From contig DUEK01000002.1 in NCBI GenBank assembly GCA_011192155.1, positions 12,388-76,387 on the forward strand: a DNA stretch of 64,000 bases. Reading direction: 5' to 3'. The notes below the pieces were generated by a model that worked only from the letters and a program-made list of their open reading frames with translations, did not search any database and was not told the DNA's origin. Both the position numbers and the translations under genes were made by a program. This document shows, one piece after another, positions 9,028-16,274 of the stretch. The first letter of the stretch is position 1, and each line of letters begins with the position of its first letter. This DNA comes from Thermoflexia bacterium. Lineage in GTDB: Bacteria; Chloroflexota; Anaerolineae; B4-G1.

Positions 9028-9910
9028 TGGACATTCTCCTTTCCAATGTCCTCACCCCTATTGATAACAAAAGGGTCATGCATAGGTAGAGGAAAGCGAC
9101 CGTGTTCCAGGTCTCAAAGGTGCGGAAGGTTCGGGCGCGATTAAGTTTGCCCAAGTGGGTGAGATCTCTCACGGCCAGGATTGAGATCAGGGATGAATCT
9201 TTGAGCATGGAGATAAAATCGTTGCCCAGGGGGGGTAGAACCCGGCGCACCGCCTGGGGCAGAATGACGTACCGCATGGCCTTAAAGTAGCTCATGCCCA
9301 GGGAACGAGCGGCTTCCATCTGTCCTCGCGTGATGGATTCGATCCCCGCTCGGAATACCTCCGCCTCGTAGGCCCCATAGCCAAAGGCCAGCCCCACAAT
9401 CGCCCTGATCTTTAAATCCACGTCTTGGATGTTGATGTCGGCCAGGGAGGCGGCCCACTGCGCCAAAAATCCGCTGGTTACACTCTGAAGCGTTGTGTCA
9501 CCCACCCAATGCAGCAAAGTGAGGATAAGGGGGGTCACCACGTAGGCAAAGTAGATGATGAGGATCAGCATGGGGATTCCCCGGATGACCTCGACGTAGA
9601 GGGTGGCGATGGTATAGAAGACCACGTTCTTTGAGACCCGCCCCAGGCCGGCGATGAGGCCCAGGATCAGGGCCAGGCTGAAGGATATGATGGTCACGGA
9701 AACGGTGAGTTCAAGGCCCGCGATGAGAAAGAGGAAAGCGTCTTGATAGGCGGGGGCGGTAACGATAAAGTAGACGATGAGAACTCCCAGCAACAGAATG
9801 ATGATAGCCCACCAGGGCGCCTGGGACAGATTTCCTATCCACGGGATCAACTTGGGCTGGGACTTTTCAATTGTGCGTTTGGTAGCCATGGCGCTCCTTT
9901 CCAAAGCCAA
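9017..9910 (-). CDS. Amino-acid ABC transporter permease (His/Glu/Gln/Arg family)
   Basis: Multiple TM helices. EAA-like loop '[22 protein letters not shown]'. 11-nt overlap with the ATPase gene. An alternative start at M8 is possible. Confidence 0.85.
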   Translation of the reverse strand: MALERSAMATKRTIEKSQPKLIPWIGNLSQAPWWAIIILLLGVLIVYFIVTAPAYQDAFLFLIAGLELTVSVTIISFSLALILGLIAGLGRVSKNVVFYTIATLYVEVIRGIPMLILIIYFAYVVTPLILTLLHWVGDTTLQSVTSGFLAQWAASLADINIQDVDLKIRAIVGLAFGYGAYEAEVFRAGIESITRGQMEAARSLGMSYFKAMRYVILPQAVRRVLPPLGNDFISMLKDSSLISILAVRDLTHLGKLNRARTFRTFETWNTVAFLYLCMTLLLSIGVRTLERRMSSDK

Positions 9911-9991
9911 CGAGAGGTGTATGGCAAACTGCGGGACGCCAGGGGCGCCCCGCAGTTCAATCAGTCTAAAGCCGAGGCGTTTTCCTCTGGC

Positions 9992-10879
9992 CTATTCCGG
10001 CGTGCAGGGCCGTAGGAGCCACGTCTCGCAGATCTCGTCCATCGAGCCATCAGCGAACATCTGCTGCATAGCCCAGTTGATGGACGTCCTGAGATCGCTG
10101 AGGGGCGGGAAGTAGATGGTCAGGAGCTCTCCACCGGTGACGGAGAAGGCTACCTTCATTTCACCGGGGTGCTCGCCCATAAAGCCAATGGCCGCGACCT
10201 CGTCGATGATGACGGTATCCACGTCGCCGGCCAGCAGGGCCACGACGGGCATGTCATATTCCTCAAAGCTAACGACCCTATCTTCACCGACGAGCTTGAT
10301 GGCAGCGATCTCGTTGGTGGTGCCCATCTGGGTGGCGATGTTCAGATCCGAGGCCACCAGAGCATCTTCGTCGCCGATCTCGTCGTCAGCTCGCACCAGG
10401 ATTACCTGCCCGTACTCGACGTAAGGCATAGAGGTATCGAGATTCAGGCTGCGGGGCAAGGTGAGCGTGATGCCGCCCTGACCTACGTCGTACTCGCCTG
10501 CTGCCAGAGCCTCAAAGTAGCTATCCCAGGCGCATTCCTTAAATACTGGTGTGCAGTTGAGCTTGTTGCAGACCTCGTTCCAAAAGTCATAGTCAAAGCC
10601 TATGCCTTCTCCACTCTCATCCAGATAGGTGAAAGGCGGGTAGGCATTGTCCACCGGGATGACGATCTCTCGTCCTCCCAGGTCGGTCAGAGGTACGCCA
10701 GGCTCTGCACATTCTGGGCACTCTGGCGCTTCTGGGCACTCTGGCGCTTCTGGACAGGGGGGACACTCTCCGCCCTCTGGGCACGCGGGGCACTCTGGGC
10801 ACTCGGTCGGCCCGCCACAAGCAGCGAGCACCAGGCTCAGAATGCTGATGAGCGTCACTACTACGGTAAACTTTTTCAT
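9992..10879 (-). CDS. Amino-acid ABC transporter substrate-binding lipoprotein with a Cys-Pro-Glu-rich hinge
   Basis: Signal peptide plus lipobox 'LAACGG', then 'PTECPECPACPEGGECPPCPEAPECPEAPECPECAEPG', then an SBP_bac_3-like body ('NAYPPFTYLDESGEGIGFDYDFW'). Confidence 0.8.
   Translation of the reverse strand: MKKFTVVVTLISILSLVLAACGGPTECPECPACPEGGECPPCPEAPECPEAPECPECAEPGVPLTDLGGREIVIPVDNAYPPFTYLDESGEGIGFDYDFWNEVCNKLNCTPVFKECAWDSYFEALAAGEYDVGQGGITLTLPRSLNLDTSMPYVEYGQVILVRADDEIGDEDALVASDLNIATQMGTTNEIAAIKLVGEDRVVSFEEYDMPVVALLAGDVDTVIIDEVAAIGFMGEHPGEMKVAFSVTGGELLTIYFPPLSDLRTSINWAMQQMFADGSMDEICETWLLRPCTPE
10700..10810. repeat. Degenerate 18-nt tandem repeat encoding the (C-P-E)n hinge
   Basis: TTCTGGGCACTCTGGCGC occurs at 10711-10728 and 10729-10746, followed by degenerate copies. 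Confidence 0.7.
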
Positions 10880-10987
10880 GGTTTTTTCCCTCCTTTTGGG
10901 GTTATTTCTTCCCTCTCAGGGGAAGTGATCCGATATTGTTGACTATTCTAGTATATATCATCACCTTTGTCAAATGCGCGTTATTGA

Positions 10988-11016
10988 TTGACAATTGTGT
11001 TGAAAGCCGTTAGAAT
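10988..11016 (+). promoter_or_regulatory. Sigma-70-like promoter upstream of the amidinotransferase gene
   Basis: TTGACA (10988-10993), 17-nt spacer, TAGAAT (11011-11016), about 48 nt upstream of the ATG at 11064. Confidence 0.5.
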
Positions 11017-11063
11017 CTTGGCGCGATAAAGCTAAATGTCCGTATACTATTGGAGGGAAACAA

Positions 11064-12176
11064 ATGGAAAGAAGGACTAGCAATCAGCGAGATAAAAGTA
11101 TTTCCTACCCCGTTGTCAACGCTCACAATGAGTGGGATCCATTAGAAGAGGTCATCGTGGGCATCGTGGAGGGAGCGACAGTTCCGCCGTGGGAAGCCGT
11201 CACGCCGGCGGTCGTTCATCACCCAGAACTGTTGGATTTCTACCGGCGGCACGGCGGCCAGCCCTGGTCGCGAGAACTGCTGGACGCCGCTCGGAAAGAC
11301 CTGGACGAGTTCGTCCACATCCTCGAAGCGGAAGGCGTGACTGTCCGCCGTCCCGCACCTTACGACACTGCCAAGTCGTTCTCCACGCCTGATTTCGAAA
11401 GCCAGTCCAGTTGCGGGGCCTTGATGCCCAGGGACGTGCTGCTCGTCATCGGCGACCAGATCATCGAAGCGCCGATGGGCTGGCGGTCGAGATACCACGA
11501 GAACCACGCCTATAAAGAGTTGTGCAAAGAGTACTTTCGGCAAGGAGCCAGATGGGTGTCTGCTCCTCGGCCTCAATTGAGTGACGCGACCTACAAAGAG
11601 AACTATGTGCCGCCGCAGGAAGGGGAGCAGATGAGGATTGCTCTCACCGAGTTCGAGCCTCTGTTCGACGCCGCCGACGTGATCAAATGCGGGCGGGATC
11701 TTTTTGTCATACAGAGCAGTTGCTGTAACCGCTTTGGCATTGACTGGCTACAGCGCCACCTGGGGGACGACTATCGCGTGCACGAGGTCGAGCACTTTGA
11801 CACCCACCCCTTGCACATAGATGCCACCTTTTACCCTCTGTCGCCGGGCAAACTCTTGATCAATCCAGAACGTATCACAAAAGTGCCAAAGGTTTTCGAG
11901 AAGGGGGGTTGGGACATACTGCATTGCCCCCAGCCCAATATGCCCGCTAGCCACCCCATGTACACTTGCAGCAAGTGGTTGAGTATGAACGTGCTCATGC
12001 TCGACGAGGAGCGCGTGATCGTCTCAAAGGGAGAGGACGATCTTATCAGGGCGTTCAAGAACTGGGGGTTCAAGCCCATCGTCTGTGACTTTTACCATTT
12101 TGAATCCATCGCGGGCGGCTTTCACTGCGCCACGTTGGATATCAGGCGCAGGGGAAAGTTAGAGTCATATTTCTAA
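11064..12176 (+). CDS. Amidinotransferase (glycine/inosamine amidinotransferase family)
   Basis: 'NEWDPLEEVIVG' near the N-terminus and C-terminal 'GGFHCATLD' (catalytic Cys context) are typical of the GATM/StrB1 family. About 370 aa. Confidence 0.7.
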   Translation: MERRTSNQRDKSISYPVVNAHNEWDPLEEVIVGIVEGATVPPWEAVTPAVVHHPELLDFYRRHGGQPWSRELLDAARKDLDEFVHILEAEGVTVRRPAPYDTAKSFSTPDFESQSSCGALMPRDVLLVIGDQIIEAPMGWRSRYHENHAYKELCKEYFRQGARWVSAPRPQLSDATYKENYVPPQEGEQMRIALTEFEPLFDAADVIKCGRDLFVIQSSCCNRFGIDWLQRHLGDDYRVHEVEHFDTHPLHIDATFYPLSPGKLLINPERITKVPKVFEKGGWDILHCPQPNMPASHPMYTCSKWLSMNVLMLDEERVIVSKGEDDLIRAFKNWGFKPIVCDFYHFESIAGGFHCATLDIRRRGKLESYF

Positions 12177-12196
12177 TTCAACAAGGAGAGGCATAG

Positions 12197-13630
12197 ATGA
12201 AACTAGGATTACAATCAATGGGAATGTTTAGCCAGGATCAGGATGCTCTGAAAAAAGTACACGCTCATTCTTTGGACCTGATCGAGCAGTGCGGGATCAG
12301 GTTCCATTCCGACAAGGCGCAAGAGATGTGGCACGGGTTCGGAGCGGAAGTCGTCGGCGATGTCGTCAAAATACCGGGTCAACTGGTCGAATCCGCCCTG
12401 AAGAAAGCGCCCGGCTCTTTTACGTTATGTGCGCGAGATCCCAGGTTCGATCGCGAGCTGGATGGCGCGCACACTTACTACTCTCAAGATGGGTGCGCCG
12501 CCTTTACCAGAGATTTTGAAACGGGTGAGCGCCGAGCTTCTTGCAAGCAAGATATCGCCAAGATGGCCCTGATATCAGATTATTTGGATACCGTTGATAT
12601 CATCAGCCCTACAGTGAGCGCCCAAGACGCGCCGACGGCCGGGGTGGTGGTACACGAATTGGAAGCCTGTTTTGTCAATTCTGGCAAACACATAGTAACC
12701 GAGACCGTCGCCAGCGCCAGGGAGGCCCAAGCGCAGATAGATCTGGCTTCCGCTGTGGCGGGCGGCAAAGAGAAACTGCGGGAACGGCCCATCTTTAGTA
12801 ACTTTGTGTGCACCATTTCTCCCCTCACCCAAGACCCAGGCGGTATCGAGGCCGCGCTAGAGTTTGCGGCGGCCGGTGTGCCGGTTGGTCTGTACAGTAT
12901 GGCGACGGCCGGCGTGACCTCGCCGGTGACTCTGGCCGGCACCCTGGCGGTGCTCAACGCGGAGGTGATCAGCGCCCTGGCGCTCATACAACTCGCCGTG
13001 CCGGGCGCCAAGGTGTTCTACTCCGGCGGCCCGGCCACCCTGGATCTGAGAACCGGCGCGTATACGGCCAGTTCTCCGGAGGCGCTCTGGCTCAGGATGA
13101 TGGTCGCAGAGCTGGCCGGGTTCTACAGGTTGCCGTCCATCGTGGGGACTGGCGCCACCAGCGCCAAGACGCCGGGCGCGCAAGCGGCCTGGGAGAACAC
13201 CCTTTCCTACCTCTTGCCCTCCCTGGCGGGCGCGAGTCTCCTTTTTGGGATGGGGCTTTTGGATGGCTCGAACTTGCTCACCTACGAACAGATTGTGCTG
13301 GACGCTGAGATTGGCGCGCTGGTCAGGAGGGTTCTATCTGGCGTGGATTTCAGCGACGATGCTTTCGCCACCGACCTGATCCAAAAACTGGGGCCGGGCG
13401 GCGTCTTTTTGAGCCAGCGACACACAGCCGATAATATGCGAGAGGCGCTATCATTGCCGCTGTTGAGCGATCGAGCCAGCTACGAGCACTGGTACCGGAA
13501 CGGGGAGCATAACCGCGTCGAGGTAGCCAGGCAAAAGGTCAGGGAAATTCTGGCCGAGCACCGACCCCTGTCCCTATCTGAAAGCGTGAGGCAGGAAATG
13601 GCAGACGTGGTAGCGGCTTATTCGAGCTAG
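12197..13630 (+). CDS. MttB-family (trimethylamine/quaternary-amine) methyltransferase, non-pyrrolysine type
   Basis: N-terminus 'KKVHAHSLDLIEQCGIRFHSDKAQEMW...VKIPGQLVESALKKAPGSFTLCARDP' matches the conserved MttB-family opening. 477 aa with no in-frame TAG. Confidence 0.75.
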   Translation: MKLGLQSMGMFSQDQDALKKVHAHSLDLIEQCGIRFHSDKAQEMWHGFGAEVVGDVVKIPGQLVESALKKAPGSFTLCARDPRFDRELDGAHTYYSQDGCAAFTRDFETGERRASCKQDIAKMALISDYLDTVDIISPTVSAQDAPTAGVVVHELEACFVNSGKHIVTETVASAREAQAQIDLASAVAGGKEKLRERPIFSNFVCTISPLTQDPGGIEAALEFAAAGVPVGLYSMATAGVTSPVTLAGTLAVLNAEVISALALIQLAVPGAKVFYSGGPATLDLRTGAYTASSPEALWLRMMVAELAGFYRLPSIVGTGATSAKTPGAQAAWENTLSYLLPSLAGASLLFGMGLLDGSNLLTYEQIVLDAEIGALVRRVLSGVDFSDDAFATDLIQKLGPGGVFLSQRHTADNMREALSLPLLSDRASYEHWYRNGEHNRVEVARQKVREILAEHRPLSLSESVRQEMADVVAAYSS

Positions 13631-13632
13631 TG

Positions 13633-14709
13633 ATGAGAATCGAGGTAGACTGCGAGCGCATCCGGCGCAACGCTGCGGCCATCGTCGGAATGTGCGCGCC
13701 TCACGGGATCGAGGTCGTTGGAGTGACCAAAGCCTGCTGCGGCCATCCCGATGTGGCGCACGCTATGCTGGCGGGCGGAGTGAGCGTGCTGGCCGACTCG
13801 CGCCTGAAAAACGTGCGTCGGCTGCGGAAGGCGGGCATTGACGCGGACGTCATGTTGCTGCGCCTGCCCAGTTTGAGCGAAGCCGACGAGGTGGTCGGGC
13901 TTGTGCAGATAAGTCTCAACTCGGAGGTGGAGACGGTGCGGGCGCTATCCCGCGCCGCGCAGGCGCGAGGCTTGACCCATCAGGTGATCCTCATGGTGGA
14001 GATGGGCGACCGCCGGGAGGGCCTGATGCCGGATGATGTCCTGAACGCCGCGCGGACGATATGCGCTCTCCCCGGCATTGACCTGGCGGGGATCGGTACC
14101 AACCTGGTCTGCATCGGGGGCGTGCTGCCCACGCTGGAGAACACGCAATCGCTGGTGGCCCTGGCCGAGTCCATTGAGCAGGCGCTGGGGATGCGTTTCC
14201 GGGTGATCTCGGGCGGCAACACGTATGACCTGGATTTCGTTCTGCGCGGCCAAATGCCCGCGCGCGTGAACCAGCTTCGCGTCGGCGAGGGCATACTGCT
14301 GGGGGTGAACAGCGTCACCAAGAATCCGCTGCCCTGCCCGCACCAGGATGCCTTTAACGTGGCGGCGGACGTGATCGAAGTCAAGACCAAGCCATCCTTG
14401 CCAGAAGGCCCAATCGCGACCGACGCCTTTGGGCGCGCGCCTCACTGGGAAGATTTGGGACTGCGGCGGCGGGCTATCCTGGCCCTGGGCGAGCAGGATA
14501 TGCGCATTGATGGTCTGCGTCCCAAGCGGCAGGGCGCGACCATCGTGGGCGCCAGCTCCGATCACCTGGTGGTGGACGTGACCGAGGCGCATCCGCCCGT
14601 TCGTCTGGGCGACGAGATGGAGTTTGCCCCCACGTACGCGGCCGTAGCCACCGCGATGGCCAGCGTTGGAGGAGCAAAGGTCGTCTGGTCTATCTCTGCT
14701 CACGGGTGA
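13633..14709 (+). CDS. PLP-dependent alanine/ornithine-racemase-like protein (Ala_racemase_N fold)
   Basis: 'VVGVTKACCG' (PLP-lysine context) and barrel-like repeats. ATG at 13633; the track's GTG at 13630 abuts the upstream stop. Confidence 0.55.
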   Translation: MRIEVDCERIRRNAAAIVGMCAPHGIEVVGVTKACCGHPDVAHAMLAGGVSVLADSRLKNVRRLRKAGIDADVMLLRLPSLSEADEVVGLVQISLNSEVETVRALSRAAQARGLTHQVILMVEMGDRREGLMPDDVLNAARTICALPGIDLAGIGTNLVCIGGVLPTLENTQSLVALAESIEQALGMRFRVISGGNTYDLDFVLRGQMPARVNQLRVGEGILLGVNSVTKNPLPCPHQDAFNVAADVIEVKTKPSLPEGPIATDAFGRAPHWEDLGLRRRAILALGEQDMRIDGLRPKRQGATIVGASSDHLVVDVTEAHPPVRLGDEMEFAPTYAAVATAMASVGGAKVVWSISAHG

Positions 14710-14711
14710 GC

Positions 14712-14775
14712 GCCCAAAACCCCTGCGGCGTCCTTCATTTTGCGAGAAACAGCGAAGGCGGGGTTTTGGGTTTTT
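14712..14775 (+). repeat. Long-hairpin repeat element (family C), terminator-like, after the racemase-like gene
   Basis: Arms GCCCAAAACCCC (14712-14723) and GGGGTTTTGGG (14760-14770), followed by TTTTTC. Interior homologous (reverse complement) to 8222-8257. Confidence 0.55.
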
Positions 14776-14887
14776 CAAAAAAGCTGTTTCTTAGCCTATT
14801 TTCCGCACCTCTGGACAGCTTGATTTGGGGCTTGACACTTTGTTCTTCCAAACCCAATTTGGGCAGATTCGCCGTCTGGGTCAGTGA

Positions 14888-14920
14888 GAAACCAGGTTTT
14901 TCAGAAAAAACCTGGTTTCT
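14888..14920. repeat. Palindromic repeat, GGTTTTTCAGAAAAAACC-centred
   Basis: AGAAACCAGGTTTTT-C-AGAAAAAACCTGGTTTCT, a near-perfect palindrome in non-coding DNA. Confidence 0.7.
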
Positions 14921-14978
14921 TTCCCCGCTTTTTGAAAAAGACACAAATAGGCTGCGCCAGGATGCGAAATATAGGCTC

Positions 14979-15118
14979 AGTAGATCCAAATTTCAGACCT
15001 CGGAGGTCTCGGAAGGCGACATTGGCAGCAAAATTGCTTAGATTGCGCCCGTTTTTACCGGCAAAGGCGCTCTTGAGAGACCTCCGAGGTCTTGTTGTCG
15101 TAACATTTTGGATCTACT
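14979..15118. mobile_element. MITE-like element with AGTAGATCCAAA / TTTGGATCTACT termini and internal AGACCTCGGAGGTCT palindromes
   Basis: Inverted termini at 14979-14990 and 15107-15118. CAGACCTCGGAGGTCTC near the left end and GAGACCTCCGAGGTCT near the right. The same AGACCTCCGAGGT motif is nested in the MITE at 62341-62623. Confidence 0.5.
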
Positions 15119-15342
15119 GATTCTGCTTGTCCAGCCGCGAAAGAGCGGAAGTTACTTTTTGGGGCGGAATTAAGGCTCTATGAAACCCTACATCATCAAT
15201 GGCCAGGGAGCTGCGAATGTACTGCGGATGAACTGTGGAATGATACTGCAAAACGGCGTGTGTCAAATTCGAGCCGCGGCCGGAGGGGGTAGCACAAGTT
15301 TTTGAGCAATCTGAATTGTAACTAATTTGTAACGGAGTAGAA

Positions 15343-15371
15343 TTGGCGTGGATATTGGAATCTGCTATAAT
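15343..15371 (+). promoter_or_regulatory. Sigma-70-like promoter for the signalling supercluster
   Basis: TTGGCG (15343-15348), 17-nt spacer, TATAAT (15366-15371), 72 nt upstream of the first REC gene. Confidence 0.4.
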
Positions 15372-15442
15372 GAGAAGCGATACACTAACACAGCCTGTTT
15401 TACTCAGCTCGGAGGCAAATTCTGTTACGGAGGGCTTTTCTT

Positions 15443-15820
15443 ATGAGTGATGTACAAATCCTCTACATCGAGGATGATCCCTCAAACCGCCTGTTGGTGC
15501 GGCGTATCCTGGAGGCGGAGGGTTATTCCATTACGGAAGCGGTGAGTGGTTTGGCCGGGTTGGAAATGGCTGCTCAAACAAAGCCGGATTTGATCCTGTT
15601 GGACATTAACCTTCCAGAGATAGATGGTTACGATCTGGCCCGGCGCTTTCGTGATACGTCCGGCTTGCAACAAGTGCCCATCCTGGCTCTTACAGCCAAC
15701 GTGATGAAAGGGGACCGGGAGCGCACACTGGAAGCAGGTTGTGATGGCTATATTCAAAAACCTATTGACGTAGACCGGTTGCCCGATCAGGTCAAAGCCG
15801 CGCTGCAGAAGAATAGATAG
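15443..15820 (+). CDS. Single-domain response regulator (CheY-like receiver)
   Basis: 'ILYIEDDPSN', 'LILLDINLPEIDG', 'ILALTA' and 'GYIQKP' form a complete REC signature. Confidence 0.9.
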   Translation: MSDVQILYIEDDPSNRLLVRRILEAEGYSITEAVSGLAGLEMAAQTKPDLILLDINLPEIDGYDLARRFRDTSGLQQVPILALTANVMKGDRERTLEAGCDGYIQKPIDVDRLPDQVKAALQKNR

Positions 15821-15835
15821 GTCATAGAGGTAATA

Positions 15836-16246
15836 ATGAGTGTACAACCAAAAGAGGCTACGATACTTGTTGTCGAGGATAACTTTCAGAATTTTGTGCT
15901 TATCACACGCCTGCTGGCCTACCTGGGTGTGAAAAAGTGCGAGTGGAAAGCATCGGGTTGGCAGGTGTTAGAGTTCGCCGAGTCGTTGCCACACATTGAT
16001 TTGATATTGATGGATCTCTTCTTGCCAGAAGAAGACGGGTATCAAGTGCTGAGCAAGTTGCGCGCTCACTCTCGCTTCGAGGATACGCTCATCATTGCTG
16101 TGACTGCCGATGTATCCACTGAAAACCTGGAGCGCGCTCGTAAATCTGGTTTCAATGGTTTCATTGGCAAGCCACTTGACCCGGATCGTTTTCCCAACCA
16201 AATCCGCCGTGTCTTGCGAGGCGAAGAGATATGGGACCTCGGGTAA
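15836..16246 (+). CDS. Single-domain response regulator (receiver)
   Basis: 'ILVVEDNFQN', 'LILMDLFLPEEDG', 'IIAVTA', 'GFIGKP'. Confidence 0.85.
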   Translation: MSVQPKEATILVVEDNFQNFVLITRLLAYLGVKKCEWKASGWQVLEFAESLPHIDLILMDLFLPEEDGYQVLSKLRAHSRFEDTLIIAVTADVSTENLERARKSGFNGFIGKPLDPDRFPNQIRRVLRGEEIWDLG

Positions 16247-16274
16247 TTGGGACACAGGACACGGGTGATCTACC

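Noticed and set aside
10700-10810. 'ECPPCPEAPE' resembles the immunoglobulin G hinge (CPPCPAPE).
   Set aside because: This is a short low-complexity match generated by an 18-nt tandem repeat. It is almost certainly convergent or coincidental, and is useful only as an analogy for a disulfide-linked hinge.
14706-15120. Three overlapping track ORFs (111, 84 and 78 aa) in the intergenic region.
   Set aside because: The sequence is made of palindromic and MITE-like repeats. The ORFs overlap one another on both strands, and they lack an RBS or any recognisable motif.
15180-15305. 41-aa ORF (MKPYIINGQGAANVLRMNCGMILQNGVCQIRAAAGGGSTSF) upstream of the supercluster promoter.
   Set aside because: It has only a weak RBS-like AAGG, no recognisable features, and lies upstream of the predicted -35. 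It cannot be supported without expression or conservation data.
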